A stretch of 64,000 nt of DNA from Nitrososphaerales archaeon (lineage in GTDB: Archaea; Thermoproteota; Nitrososphaeria; Nitrososphaerales; UBA213). Below are positions 42,954 through 54,042 of this stretch, piece by piece. The stretch spans positions 1 to 64,000 of the forward strand of contig CBDAOC010000015.1 in the NCBI GenBank assembly GCA_965197925.1, written 5' to 3'. Every line of letters begins with the position of its first letter. Positions within the stretch are counted from its first letter, which is position 1. The notes beneath the pieces were generated by a model that was not told the DNA's origin, did no database searches, and worked only from the letters and a program-made list of their open reading frames with translations. The position numbers and the translations under genes are program-made.

Positions 42954-43871
42954 TTGTGTAGAGTTATATTAACAACGCAAGATATCTTATTTGTGAATGC
43001 AAACGGCACGCAAGAAAATTCCCGACTAGCATTATTTGAAAAGCTTGTTTATAAGATAGCCCAAAAGTGGGTAGCAGGGTATTCCATGCGTGATGCACTG
43101 AACTCAGCCAGAGAAACCAATGCTAAGGGATTGAGTGCGATCATAAATTACTTAGGAGAGCATAATATGGATGATTGTGTAATTGACGCAAGTGTAACCG
43201 AATACTTACTTTTACTGAAGAAAATGGATCAGTTGCATATCAATGGAAGTATATCTCTAAAACTTAGTCAGATCGGTCTCGATAAAGACTATGATAGATG
43301 TGAAAATAATGCGTTAAAGATAATAGAACGCGCAAAGTCACTTAACAAGTTTGTATGGTTGGATATGGAATCTTCATGCTATCTTACTGACACGATTCGA
43401 ATCTACTTGACATTGCTCAATCATTATGGTAGTGTGGGTATGGCATTCCAGGCATATCTGAAACAAGGCATTAATCGCTTGACAGAGATATTGATGCATA
43501 AAAGCAAGATAAGACTTGTGAAAGGGGCATACAGGGAGGACCGTGCTATTGTCTTTAAATCGAAACGCGTAATTGATAAAAATTATCTGAAGGTTATGCA
43601 CTTATTGTTTGAGGTTAGCGATAATTTTGCAATAGCTACGCATGATCAGTCAATAATTAACCATGCATTAGAACTCAATGACAGATACCATAAGCAATTT
43701 GAATTTCAGATGCTGAAGGGTGTTAGAGATGATATCAAGCCAATATTAATAAAAAAGGGATTTTCCATTACTGACTATATACCATATGGCGAAAATGTTG
43801 CAGCATATTCGGTTAGAAGAATAAAGGAAAGACCAAGCAATTTACTCCTCCTAGCCAGATCGTTATTTTAG
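42954..43871 (+). CDS. Proline dehydrogenase (monofunctional)
   Basis: WVAG, SLKLSQIG, LDMES, QAYL, RLVKGAY.E, IATHD, EFQML.G, YIPYG, RRIKERP; start uncertain. Confidence 0.9.
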   Translation: MCRVILTTQDILFVNANGTQENSRLALFEKLVYKIAQKWVAGYSMRDALNSARETNAKGLSAIINYLGEHNMDDCVIDASVTEYLLLLKKMDQLHINGSISLKLSQIGLDKDYDRCENNALKIIERAKSLNKFVWLDMESSCYLTDTIRIYLTLLNHYGSVGMAFQAYLKQGINRLTEILMHKSKIRLVKGAYREDRAIVFKSKRVIDKNYLKVMHLLFEVSDNFAIATHDQSIINHALELNDRYHKQFEFQMLKGVRDDIKPILIKKGFSITDYIPYGENVAAYSVRRIKERPSNLLLLARSLF

Positions 43872-45451
43872 TCACAAATTGTCTGACTCTGTTCCTTCAT
43901 GAATAATGTTAGATAATATTCACTACCAGCTCCCTTACCGCTTATACCGGAATTCTTCCAACCTACGAATGGTTGGCACGCGACGATCGCTCCTGTAGTT
44001 GCGCTCCTAGCCCTGTTTACATAGATCACTCCCGCCGCGATCTTGTCCAGAAATTCTTCCACTTCATTTTGATCTTTGCTGAATATTCCTGCAGTCAAAC
44101 CATAATCATTATCATTGCACAACTTTATAGCATCACTGAATTTATTATAATCTGCTACGCACAATATGGGAACAAACATCTCTTCCTTAAACAGTGAATG
44201 ATCTTTAGGAAGGTTATCCACAATGGTTGGTTGAACATAGTAACCATAATTCAACTCATTATCTGTTACTATATTACCACCGGTTAGTATCTTTCCATCT
44301 TTCCTTGCTATATCACAGCATTTTTTATATTTTTTATAAGCTTTCTCATTTATCAAAGGTCCCATGAAGTTATTTCTGTTTAAGGGATTGCCAATAATAA
44401 GTAAGTTTGTTCTTTCGGTAAGTTTTTTAACGAATTCTTCCTTCAAACTTTCATGTATATAAACACGTGAACATGCACTGCACTTCTGCCCTGAATAACC
44501 AAACGCTGCCTTGAACACACCATCAACTGCTTTATCAAGATCAGCATTGTCAGTTATTACTACAGGATTCTTGCTTCCCATCTCAGTTATCACTGGTTTT
44601 GGTCTCATAGAATTGGCAAAATGGTGTATCCCAAGCCCCACTTCTTTTGAACCAGTGAATACAATACCATCAATGCCATCACTTTCAACAAGTGTTTTAC
44701 CTACCAAATTACCAGAACCAGTTACAAAATTAATCACACCTGATGGTAAACCTGCCTCCTCAAGTATCTTGCAGAACTTGTACGATGTTAGCGGTGTATC
44801 ACTTGCAGGTTTCAGCACAACGGTGTTGCCTGTAATTATAGCACCAGTGCACATACCATCAGTTATGGCCACGGGAAAGTTAAACGGTGCAATAACTGCC
44901 CACACACCATAAGGTTTCATCACGCTCTTGTTTTTTTCATTGGGATAAGCACTCTTCATCCGTTTAACGAATCCACTGTTAAGTTCCATCTGTTCAGCAT
45001 AATATCGCATAAAGTCTATAGCTTCATCGACCTCACCTATAGCTTCATATCTATTCTTACCATTTTCAAATGTTAGCAGTGCGGATAATTCATACTTACT
45101 TTGGCTCACTGAATCTGCAGCCTTTCTGAATATTTTCACACGTTCTGTGTAATCAGTTGTGCTCCAACTCTCTAAAGCTCTACGAGCAGCTGTTATAGCA
45201 CTTTCAGCATGTTGCTCATTTCCTATTGGAAAGTGTGCCACAATAACTCGAGTGTCAATCGGAGAAAGAACTGAAAGTACTCTTCCAGCAGTCACGGGCT
45301 TGCCATCGATTATCATTGGATAGGTTTTCCCAAGTTCCTCCTTTACTCTGAGAACTGCGTCTTCGTATCTTATATCAAAGGTATCTTCTCCTTTGTTTAT
45401 TAATGTCTTAATTAATGTCGATTCATTATCAAACATATAATATCCCATCAC
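43868..45451 (-). CDS. Delta-1-pyrroline-5-carboxylate dehydrogenase (ALDH family)
   Basis: EAIDFMRYY, PFNFP, FTGS, EMGSKN, FGYSGQKCSACSR, EEMFVP, TGAIV..QPF. Confidence 0.85.
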   Translation of the reverse strand: MMGYYMFDNESTLIKTLINKGEDTFDIRYEDAVLRVKEELGKTYPMIIDGKPVTAGRVLSVLSPIDTRVIVAHFPIGNEQHAESAITAARRALESWSTTDYTERVKIFRKAADSVSQSKYELSALLTFENGKNRYEAIGEVDEAIDFMRYYAEQMELNSGFVKRMKSAYPNEKNKSVMKPYGVWAVIAPFNFPVAITDGMCTGAIITGNTVVLKPASDTPLTSYKFCKILEEAGLPSGVINFVTGSGNLVGKTLVESDGIDGIVFTGSKEVGLGIHHFANSMRPKPVITEMGSKNPVVITDNADLDKAVDGVFKAAFGYSGQKCSACSRVYIHESLKEEFVKKLTERTNLLIIGNPLNRNNFMGPLINEKAYKKYKKCCDIARKDGKILTGGNIVTDNELNYGYYVQPTIVDNLPKDHSLFKEEMFVPILCVADYNKFSDAIKLCNDNDYGLTAGIFSKDQNEVEEFLDKIAAGVIYVNRARSATTGAIVACQPFVGWKNSGISGKGAGSEYYLTLFMKEQSQTICD

Positions 45452-45624
45452 TCACACTCTTAAAAAACCTTGCAAGAAGTGCAAAAATAATATAATAAAT
45501 TTTCTTTTATATTCAAGATGAAAGAAAATATATTATTTGTTTTTTTAGATCGTCCATATACCAAATATCAAATAAAAAGAATATTTTGTATCCTAGGCCT
45601 GAGAAATTACATTCCGTTCAAGTA

Positions 45625-46668
45625 AGAGCCTATCCTAAAATTCTAGCTGATAGTTAACGATTGGTAGAAATGATAACATTTAGAATGCAAGAATATTAGT
45701 TCAAACTGTCGGGTTTAGTTTTCTTACTATTGATTTTATTAGTATTGTAGATAGTAGATACTAGAGACAGTTGCATTAACGTGTTTATGACACTACCAAT
45801 ATATCGCTCTATACACTATTAGGCAGTTAGCAAATTCTACTAGCGCCTGATAATTTTCCTCTCTCTTCTCGAACCTTACCAATAACTTTCTGAACCTGTT
45901 ATGCCAAGATGCGGTTCTTTCTACAACCCATCTCTTTGCTTTGTATAAATTCTTTTTCAACACTTCACCCTTATGACGAATGTGATCCACATATCCCCTT
46001 CCTAACTCCATACTCTATCTCAGGGAAATCATATCCTATTCATGCATATGTTCTGTTTAACTTTGGGCCTATCAACAACAATGCTATCTATTGTAGGAAA
46101 GGCTGATTTCATATCGCGTTTATTTGCTCCAGTAATTACAGATGAGAGAGAAATACCTCTTCTATCAACCAGCATGTGACGTTTGGTACCTAGCTTGCCT
46201 CTATCCGTTGGGATTGCTCCGGTCGTTTTCCCCCTAATGGGGCCTTCGGTACGCTATCCATGGATTGCCAGTCCCATCCTATACCCTTCAATTCATCATA
46301 TATTTCCAGCAGCCTCTTCCATACCTTCTCGAATACTCCTATCCCAATCCATTCCTGAAATCTTGCATGGCAAGTTGAGCCAGAACCAAATTCTTTAGAT
46401 ACCTTCTTCCACTGGCATCCAGTTCTTAATACATACAGTATTCCATTCAATACTTTTCTAAATGGCACAGCTGGCCTTCCAACTGTTCTTGCTGGTTTCT
46501 CTGGTGGCAACACTAGTTTGAACTCTTCCCATAGATTGTCTGGTATATGCCATATGGTCGGCATGCTCTTTTTCTTTGATTTTCTCACAAATTTAGCTAG
46601 AGATAACGGTTCTAGATCTGTTTCGGTATAAACAATTAGGCTATGATGTTAATTTTCGGATAAGCTCT
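45625..46668 (-). mobile_element. IS5-family element D, frameshifted transposase
   Basis: Ends TAAGAGCCTATCCTAAAATT vs TAAGAGCTTATCCGAAAATT (18/20, including probable TA TSD); ORFs 46190-46588 (LRTGCQW) and 45793-46011 (RWVVERTASW..RFRKL.VRFE). Confidence 0.9.
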
Positions 46669-46869
46669 TAATCAGTCAAACTAACCAGCTGTTTCTAAAT
46701 GGGAAAGTCTTCTAGAATTGACCGGACTTTTATCGAGGGCTAATAAATGGGGAGTTATACAATACTTTATGCAGATCGCAAGAATATAACTCTCTTTACT
46801 TCATCCCTGCTGGTGATCACCAACTAGGTAAAGAAAAGATAAATAGTGTATAGCAAACTTTAGATCGAA

Positions 46870-48000
46870 ATGAGCAACAAGGACGAAAATATATTTTCAA
46901 AAGAATCTTTAATAACGACTGAAGCGGGAAAAGATATTTTAAAACAGGCAGTATTTCATAGCAAGGGATACAAGCAGTTCCAACATTACAAGGAGAGGAC
47001 TGAGGAAGAATTTCCCAATTTTGTAAATAGATTTACTTCTGATCTATACTCTTTTATAAAAAATGACCAGAACCCAGCAACAACTATCTCTGACTTCATA
47101 TCGGAGGTCGGCGCAACTGAATTACTGTTAGAAGATTCAAAAATAAATGATGTAAAGGCTCGACTTTCCGACTTCGATAATTTAAAAAACACAGTAAAAC
47201 GAATACTCAATTCCAATTTCGTTAAGATGACTTATCCAGTTTTCCACGCATTACTGGACGGGACAATTTCTTCCCTTAACCTACAAATTGCTGATGAAAC
47301 CAGAAAAGCCTTGATCGATGGTCATGTAATTGCTATAGACCTTAGCGAACCAATGGATAGGATAATTGATAAGGATGAAGACATTGATTATTTGGATGAT
47401 TATAGATTGATTAATCCTTATTTACTTAACTTGGCAAGATCCAAAATCAGCAAGTGTGGAGAAGAAGTTTTGAATTCGTTTGAGCGGGGATTCAAAGATG
47501 CTAGGGTAGGGCAATACCTGGATTACAAGTTGAAAATCAATCCATCATCGATAAGTTATGAAAGTATGTCTGAATGTTACAAGAAGTATAGAGCCGTGAT
47601 GGGCACAGCCGGCAAGAATATGGCCTTAACAAAGCGACCTTTGGAAGAAATATTCTATGTGGGGATGGCTAGAGCCGGAGAATCAGTTGGGTGCGGGAAT
47701 GAGATCGAGGATGCTTTGAGGAATGGCGCTATCAAAATTCCTTCATGGCCTTTTTATTATTCAATCAATACCAATGATGTTAAAAGAGCATTTGAACTCA
47801 CTATAAAGAAGAGTAACTTATATCTAGCAGACGCCAGTATTGCGCTGGATATGCTTTCACAGGACTTTGAAACAAAACCATTTCTTGAATTTCTATTTCT
47901 TACTGTAAAACATTACAACCAGTTTTGGTACAATCAATTGAAGAAGTTAGATCCATTTGCAAGTTTTAAGCAGAAGTTGGACGGAATAGTAAAGAACTAG
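46870..48000 (+). CDS. Conserved hypothetical protein, possible divergent isoprenoid-synthase fold
   Basis: Long intact ORF; MDRIIDKDED, GQYLD, GNEIEDAL. Confidence 0.6.
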   Translation: MSNKDENIFSKESLITTEAGKDILKQAVFHSKGYKQFQHYKERTEEEFPNFVNRFTSDLYSFIKNDQNPATTISDFISEVGATELLLEDSKINDVKARLSDFDNLKNTVKRILNSNFVKMTYPVFHALLDGTISSLNLQIADETRKALIDGHVIAIDLSEPMDRIIDKDEDIDYLDDYRLINPYLLNLARSKISKCGEEVLNSFERGFKDARVGQYLDYKLKINPSSISYESMSECYKKYRAVMGTAGKNMALTKRPLEEIFYVGMARAGESVGCGNEIEDALRNGAIKIPSWPFYYSINTNDVKRAFELTIKKSNLYLADASIALDMLSQDFETKPFLEFLFLTVKHYNQFWYNQLKKLDPFASFKQKLDGIVKN

Positions 48001-48243
48001 ATAATTCCTTTTCAACTATCATATATGCTTAATATCTCCAATAAGTGATTATTTCCCAGATCATTATTTTTCTTCAAGAAATACTCTACTTAATAGTATA
48101 AGATTCAACCTACTTGTATTAACTCTGATATATTACCATTCTTAGTATACTGGGAATAACTTACCCCGTCCTCAACCAGTTCCATTAACTGTAATACTTT
48201 TATGATAGAAGGCTATAACTTAGCATTAAATCGGTGCTTTTGG

Positions 48244-49488
48244 ATGTTATGGTCAGAAAAATACAGACCAGGGAGCGCAAGTCAGATGGTTGGTAATGAA
48301 GGAGCGCGGATAACTTTTCTTGAATGGGTTGTCAACTGGAAGGTTGGAAGCATACCAGTTTTACTTGTTGGTCCTCCTGGGACGGGAAAGACAACGCTTG
48401 TAAAGGCAGCAGTTAACGAACTTGGTTATGATATTGTTGAACTTAATGCAAGTGATGTCAGAACCAAAGATAAACTGCAATCGATAATACCACCATTACT
48501 GAGGAATAGAGGCGTTCATGGCAAAAAAATTTTATTGTTTCTTGACGAGGTAGACGGCATGAGTCCCCGCGGTGATCGTGGTGGCTTTGCAACATTGTTA
48601 TCTTTGCTGAGGGATCCTACAATACCAATTGTAATGGCCGCTAATGCTGAGGTTGGTGAACAGATTAAAGAGCTAAAGCGTGTGGCTACATTGATTAGGT
48701 TCATGCGAATAGCCCCAAGGTTACTTTCACTTTACCTTGATCGCGTTTTGAAGATGGAGAATGCCAAGATAAGTATTCAAGACAGAACAAGGCTGATCGG
48801 TGCAAGCAACGGAGATGTACGAATATTACTGAACGAAACGCAGTCTCTTTCCGGTGGAGGATTTTCAGAAAGTTTTCATGAGTCAAAATTTTCAATAAAT
48901 ATCGATATAGCAATCACTACCTTCTTTTCGGCAGTTAGTGTTGAAGATGCGCTTGGGATAATGAGAAGAAGCGAGGGGTTCTTCAACGATCCCAGGTTTG
49001 CTGGGTATGATACAGAAAAGAGAAGAACTGACAAGCTTGCGGCACTATTTTCCAGCATCGTAACTAGCAAGGTTGATATTGAAAAAATGGCGGAGATGCT
49101 GAATGCTCTTGCGTATGTAGATGTTATGATCGGTAGAATGGGTAGAACGAGGCACTGGAGACTGTTGCGTTACATAGACACCATACTTGTGTACAAACTG
49201 TTTGCTCAAAGTCGTGGTTTGACCTATACTCAATACGACATTCCGTTTGTACTGATGAATAGAGTATTCAGAGAGACAAGGTTGTTCAGAACCATCATCG
49301 CAGAATTAGCAAAAAGCATACATGTATCAAGGAGAAGAGCAGCATACTATCTGCCATACCTGTTCCTCATACTTGCCAACTCCAAAATGGATTTGGATGA
49401 ATTCTTATCAACGAACGACATGGACACTTCACTGAAAGAGTTGATCAAGAACGAGATGGGTAAGGTACTTAGGGTGAGCAAAAAATGA
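48244..49488 (+). CDS. rfcL: Replication factor C large subunit
   Basis: MLWSEKYRP, GPPGTGKTT, ELNASDVR, LDEVDG, GDVR. Confidence 0.9.
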   Translation: MLWSEKYRPGSASQMVGNEGARITFLEWVVNWKVGSIPVLLVGPPGTGKTTLVKAAVNELGYDIVELNASDVRTKDKLQSIIPPLLRNRGVHGKKILLFLDEVDGMSPRGDRGGFATLLSLLRDPTIPIVMAANAEVGEQIKELKRVATLIRFMRIAPRLLSLYLDRVLKMENAKISIQDRTRLIGASNGDVRILLNETQSLSGGGFSESFHESKFSINIDIAITTFFSAVSVEDALGIMRRSEGFFNDPRFAGYDTEKRRTDKLAALFSSIVTSKVDIEKMAEMLNALAYVDVMIGRMGRTRHWRLLRYIDTILVYKLFAQSRGLTYTQYDIPFVLMNRVFRETRLFRTIIAELAKSIHVSRRRAAYYLPYLFLILANSKMDLDEFLSTNDMDTSLKELIKNEMGKVLRVSKK

Positions 49489-49859
49489 TCAAGATATTGA
49501 TAGGTAAATGGTTCAATTTACCAAGGGTGGGACCGGATGTTTTTTCTAAAATCATGCGCCAAGCAAGATTGGGTTATGACAAGCAGAAGAGAATGTTCTT
49601 GGTGGGGCCAGACACCAATATAGCCCTATTAATATCAATTCTAAATGAGGTCCTGGAAGATAAGGTTTTAATCGAGCTGCCATGTTTGGTGTGTGAAAAA
49701 AGTGCGGGTTGTAATGAGTGCGATTATCTAAACATTTGTGACAGAACTACAGTGTCAAACCAATGTATTTGTATGGAGTGCTTTATGCAGAAGGATGCCT
49801 ATGAACACTATTGTGATACCTTCTCTCAAAAGTTGATCGCGGCAAAGGTTAAAATCTGA
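49485..49859 (+). CDS. Hypothetical Cys-rich (zinc-binding?) protein
   Basis: CxxC...CxxC...C...CxCxxC; overlaps the rfcL stop. Confidence 0.65.
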   Translation: MIKILIGKWFNLPRVGPDVFSKIMRQARLGYDKQKRMFLVGPDTNIALLISILNEVLEDKVLIELPCLVCEKSAGCNECDYLNICDRTTVSNQCICMECFMQKDAYEHYCDTFSQKLIAAKVKI

Positions 49860-49883
49860 TTTACGTTATCATAGAATGTATAG

Positions 49884-50093
49884 ATGGCCACCTTATATGA
49901 GGACAATATTAGAAAGTTGTTGGACGAAAAGAAGCAGAAACTTGATGAATTGAAAGACAATTCTAACACATCCAAACATGAAATAGACAAGCTTGAAGAC
50001 GAAATACGTGTTTTAACAATGTTATACGAAAACTATAATATTGGTATGGCTGTGTTCAGACGTGCCAAGAGAGCAAGAGAACGTAATCATTGA
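49884..50093 (+). CDS. Small coiled-coil hypothetical protein
   Basis: 69-aa ORF in operon context. Confidence 0.55.
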   Translation: MATLYEDNIRKLLDEKKQKLDELKDNSNTSKHEIDKLEDEIRVLTMLYENYNIGMAVFRRAKRARERNH

Positions 50094-50156
50094 TAAATAA
50101 TTTTTGTGAAACTTACATGTGATTTATATACTCTTAATAAGTTTTTATTTATTATT

Positions 50157-51704
50157 ATGCACGATGAGAAGATAAAGAAATTATCTCAGGTAGATAAAAG
50201 TGCCGAGAGAGGTGGCGGGGAGGAAAGGATCAAAGCACAGCATAGTAAGGGTAAGCTAACTGCTAGGGAAAGGATTGCTTTACTATTAGATGCTGGTACA
50301 TTGGTTGAAATCGATAAGCTCGTAACTACACGCTCGCATGACTTTGAACTTGACAAGAAGAAATTCTATGGCGATGGTGTAATAGCTGGCTATGGAACCA
50401 TACAAGGAAACCAAGTTTTTATTTATGCACAAGACTTTACAGTTCTGGGTGGTTCTTTGGGGGAAATGTCAGGTAAGAAAATAGCTAAGGTTATGGATCA
50501 TGCGATTAAGGTTGGGTGCCCTATTATAGGAATAATTGATTCTGGCGGTGCAAGAATTCAGGAAGGTGTGATGAGTCTTTCTGGATACGGTGAAATATTT
50601 TACCGTAATACATTGGCGTCGGGGGTTGTTCCACAAATAACGCTAACTTTGGGACCATGCGCAGGCGGTGCTGTCTATTCACCAGCAATCACAGATTTTG
50701 TGATAATGGCAGACAAGATAACCCATATGTTCGTTACTGGTCCGGAAGTGGTCAAAACAGCCTTGGGAGAAGATGTTAGTTTTGAGGATCTCGGTGGCGC
50801 ATTCACCCATGGCAAGTTCAGTGGCGTAGCGCACTTTGTGGCCAAAGATGAATATGAATGCATGGACATAGTAAAGAAACTGTTATCATATCTTCCACCA
50901 AACAATACTGAAGATCCCCCACTAATCACTACTACAGATGACCCAAACAGGACTGACAGCAAGCTCGCTACCGTAGTGCCTGAGAACCCTTATGAGCCAT
51001 ACGATATAAAAGAAATAATAACATCCATTCTTGATAACAAAGAATTTTTTGAACTTCACGAATTATGGGCTACAAGTATTGTAGTAGGTTTTGGCAGATT
51101 AAATGGAAGAACAGTTGGGATAGTAGCAAACCAGCCCTTACATCTGGCTGGTTCGTTAGATATAGATTCATCCAACAAAGCAGCACGCTTCATACGAACT
51201 TGTGATTGTTTCAATATCCCAGTAATATCCATTATTGATACCCCTGGTTATCTTCCAGGTTTGGAGCAAGAACAACATGGTATAATAAGACATGGAAGCA
51301 AGGTGTTATTCGCTTACTGTGAAGCAACGGTTCCAAAACTTGCCGTTGTCGTTGGCAAAGCCTATGGTGGGGCCTATATTGCCATGAGCAGTAAACATCT
51401 TAGATCAGACATGAACTACGCATGGCCGACCGCCGAGATTGCAGTCCTAGGTCCAGAAGCAGCTATAAACATAATTTTTAGAAAGGAGATAAAGGAAAAT
51501 AAGGATCCAGAAACTTTCCGGAAGAAGCTAATAAGAGAATACAGGGAAAAATTTGCCAATCCATACATAGCCGCAGAGCAGGGATTCATTGATGCAGTAA
51601 TAGATCCGATAGAAACTAGACCAATGTTGATAAGGGCACTAGAAACACTATCCAACAAGAGAGAATCTAGGCCGCCAAAGAAACATGGGAACATAAACCT
51701 CTGA
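50157..51704 (+). CDS. pccB: Acetyl-CoA/propionyl-CoA carboxylase, carboxyltransferase subunit
   Basis: GKLTARERI, QDFTVLGGSLG, DSGGARIQEG, CAGGAVYSPA, KKHGNINL. Confidence 0.95.
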   Translation: MHDEKIKKLSQVDKSAERGGGEERIKAQHSKGKLTARERIALLLDAGTLVEIDKLVTTRSHDFELDKKKFYGDGVIAGYGTIQGNQVFIYAQDFTVLGGSLGEMSGKKIAKVMDHAIKVGCPIIGIIDSGGARIQEGVMSLSGYGEIFYRNTLASGVVPQITLTLGPCAGGAVYSPAITDFVIMADKITHMFVTGPEVVKTALGEDVSFEDLGGAFTHGKFSGVAHFVAKDEYECMDIVKKLLSYLPPNNTEDPPLITTTDDPNRTDSKLATVVPENPYEPYDIKEIITSILDNKEFFELHELWATSIVVGFGRLNGRTVGIVANQPLHLAGSLDIDSSNKAARFIRTCDCFNIPVISIIDTPGYLPGLEQEQHGIIRHGSKVLFAYCEATVPKLAVVVGKAYGGAYIAMSSKHLRSDMNYAWPTAEIAVLGPEAAINIIFRKEIKENKDPETFRKKLIREYREKFANPYIAAEQGFIDAVIDPIETRPMLIRALETLSNKRESRPPKKHGNINL

Positions 51705-51709
51705 TTGAT

Positions 51710-53230
51710 ATGATAAACAAAATTCTGATTGCAAATAGGGGAGAAATTGCGGTAAGGATAATTAGAGCATGTAGGGAGCTTGAAATTAAAAGCGTGGCTA
51801 TATATTCTAATGAGGATGTTAAGGCAATGCATGTTCGGATTGCGGACGAAGCCTATCATGTAGGCCCTCCAAGTCCAAGAGAAAGTTATCTTAAAATCGA
51901 TAAGATAATCGATCTGGCTAAGAGAAGTGGTGTAGATGCTATACACCCTGGTTATGGCTTCTTATCAGAGAATTCTGAATTTGCCAAAGAATGTGAGGAG
52001 ACTGGGATCATTTTCATTGGACCAAACAGCGAAACACTGGAACTTGCTGGAGACAAGATGCGCTGTAAGGGTGTAATGAAAAAAGCTGGCGTGCCAGTTG
52101 TTCCTGGAAGTGACGGAACGCTTGAGGAGGTTGAAAAGGCACTTGACCTTGCTAACGAAATCGGGTATCCAGTTCTGTTAAAATCAGCATATGGAGGGGG
52201 TGGAAGGGGTATCAGATTGGCAAATGAGGAAAAACAACTCAAACAGGAATTTGAGATGGCGGCAATGGAATCTAAAAATGCTTTCGGTCGAGCTGCACTT
52301 TACATCGAAAAATACCTTCAAAAAGTAAGGCATATTGAATTTCAATTAGTAAGAGATTCACAAGGAAATTCACTTCATCTGTTTGAACGCGAATGTTCGA
52401 TACAGAGAAGACACCAGAAGTTGATTGAAATGTCACCATCTCCCATAGTCGATCCACATACTAGAGATAAAGTTGGAACTACAGCAACGAAAGCTGCAGA
52501 TGCCGCCAACTATCTAAATGCTGGAACTGCTGAATTTTTACGTGATGATAAAGATGGTAATTTCTATTTCATTGAGATCAATTCTAGATTGCAAGTAGAG
52601 CATCCTGTTACAGAGTTGGTCACTGGGATAGATCTGGTTAAATTACAAATTCATATAGCATCGGGTAAACCTATACCGTTCAAGCAAAGCGATTTGAAAC
52701 TAAATGGATGTGCAATCGAGTGTAGAATCAATGCAGAAGATCCACTAAATGATTTCGCACCCTCATCTGGACCCGTTCCAAGTTGCACAATCCCCTATGG
52801 TCCAGGAATCAGGGTTGATACATATCTGTTGCCAGGATGTACAGTGTCGGGTTATTATGATTCCCTTGTTGCAAAGCTGCTATCATGGGGTAATAACTTT
52901 GAAGAGGCAAGGGGTAGATTGAGAAATGCTTTGAATGAATTTTACATTCAAGGCATACAGACTACAATCCCATTATACAAAACTATAGTGGATGATCAAG
53001 CATTTGTTGCTGGGAACTTGTCGACAGATTATCTGGATAAATTCAAGATATTTGAGAGGGTTGAGATCCTTTCAAAAGATGATGCAAAAAAAAACTCTGA
53101 TGCTATAATTGCAGCTGCACTATTGCATTCTATATTGATAAAAAGGGGACCAAATCCGCGACAAAACGCAAATAAACTAACGAAGTGGAAAGGAAATAGG
53201 TTCGCGCAGGGTTTTAGTTATGGAATATAA
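51710..53230 (+). CDS. accC: Acetyl-CoA/propionyl-CoA carboxylase, biotin carboxylase subunit
   Basis: ANRGEIAVR, HPGYGFLSEN, GGGGRG, ERECSIQRRHQK, RLQVEHPVTE. Confidence 0.95.
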   Translation: MINKILIANRGEIAVRIIRACRELEIKSVAIYSNEDVKAMHVRIADEAYHVGPPSPRESYLKIDKIIDLAKRSGVDAIHPGYGFLSENSEFAKECEETGIIFIGPNSETLELAGDKMRCKGVMKKAGVPVVPGSDGTLEEVEKALDLANEIGYPVLLKSAYGGGGRGIRLANEEKQLKQEFEMAAMESKNAFGRAALYIEKYLQKVRHIEFQLVRDSQGNSLHLFERECSIQRRHQKLIEMSPSPIVDPHTRDKVGTTATKAADAANYLNAGTAEFLRDDKDGNFYFIEINSRLQVEHPVTELVTGIDLVKLQIHIASGKPIPFKQSDLKLNGCAIECRINAEDPLNDFAPSSGPVPSCTIPYGPGIRVDTYLLPGCTVSGYYDSLVAKLLSWGNNFEEARGRLRNALNEFYIQGIQTTIPLYKTIVDDQAFVAGNLSTDYLDKFKIFERVEILSKDDAKKNSDAIIAAALLHSILIKRGPNPRQNANKLTKWKGNRFAQGFSYGI

Positions 53231-53732
53231 AATAGAAGATCTGCCCCTTATTCTAAATGCAAAAGTTGTGAAGAAGGTTAGTCCTAACGAGATAGTAATC
53301 AAGATAGAAGACAAGGAACATTCGTTGCATATATTAAACTTCAGTACTAATGATATAGAATTCATGTTGGATAATTCTTACCATTATGCAAAATTTGTAC
53401 ATGTTAATAGTGCAGATATATTATTGGAAGTTGATGGCAACCAGGTTACTGTTAGCCAATATAATGACTTGCGTGCTATCGCACAAAAGTCCTCTGGAGG
53501 ACAGTCGACAAGTTCTGCTCAAAGATTGCTTACAAGCTCAATCCCCGGCAGAGTAGTATCTATAGTTGCAAAACCGGAAACGGAAGTGAAGAAGGGTGAT
53601 GTGATAATTGTATTAGAATCTATGAAGATGCAGGTAGCAATAAAGGCACATAAAGATGGAAAGGTGAAGGAACTCAAGGTTAAGGAAGGTTCTAGCATCT
53701 CAAGAAATGACATAGTTGCTTTGATAGAATGA
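53220..53732 (+). CDS. accB: Biotin carboxyl carrier protein
   Basis: ESMKM biotinylation motif, IPGRVV. Confidence 0.9.
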   Translation: MEYKIEDLPLILNAKVVKKVSPNEIVIKIEDKEHSLHILNFSTNDIEFMLDNSYHYAKFVHVNSADILLEVDGNQVTVSQYNDLRAIAQKSSGGQSTSSAQRLLTSSIPGRVVSIVAKPETEVKKGDVIIVLESMKMQVAIKAHKDGKVKELKVKEGSSISRNDIVALIE

Positions 53733-54042
53733 TATGCTTTTACTGAAGTCACTTCATCCAAGATAGATACATTACCATTCTCCCCCGTTATGACGAAGCC
53801 ATATATGGGATGGGTATACTCTCTATCACTTTTATTAAATGAAACAACTTTATCTTGAACTGAAGCATCTACTGAAAAATTATTTGTTTCATAACATGGT
53901 TGTACAAAGACCAAGAATGATATCAGGGTTATTGAACTTGCTAGTATTATCTGCGAACCCGAAGTCGCCTTTTTTTCTCTTATATTTCTTTATGCTTACT
54001 TATATCATTATGACCTATTGAATGGTAAGTACTTAGATACTC

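Noticed and set aside
53519..54021. ORFs between accB and IS copy 2
   Set aside because: One overlaps accB antisense; perhaps a decayed minus-strand gene, but no identifiable product.
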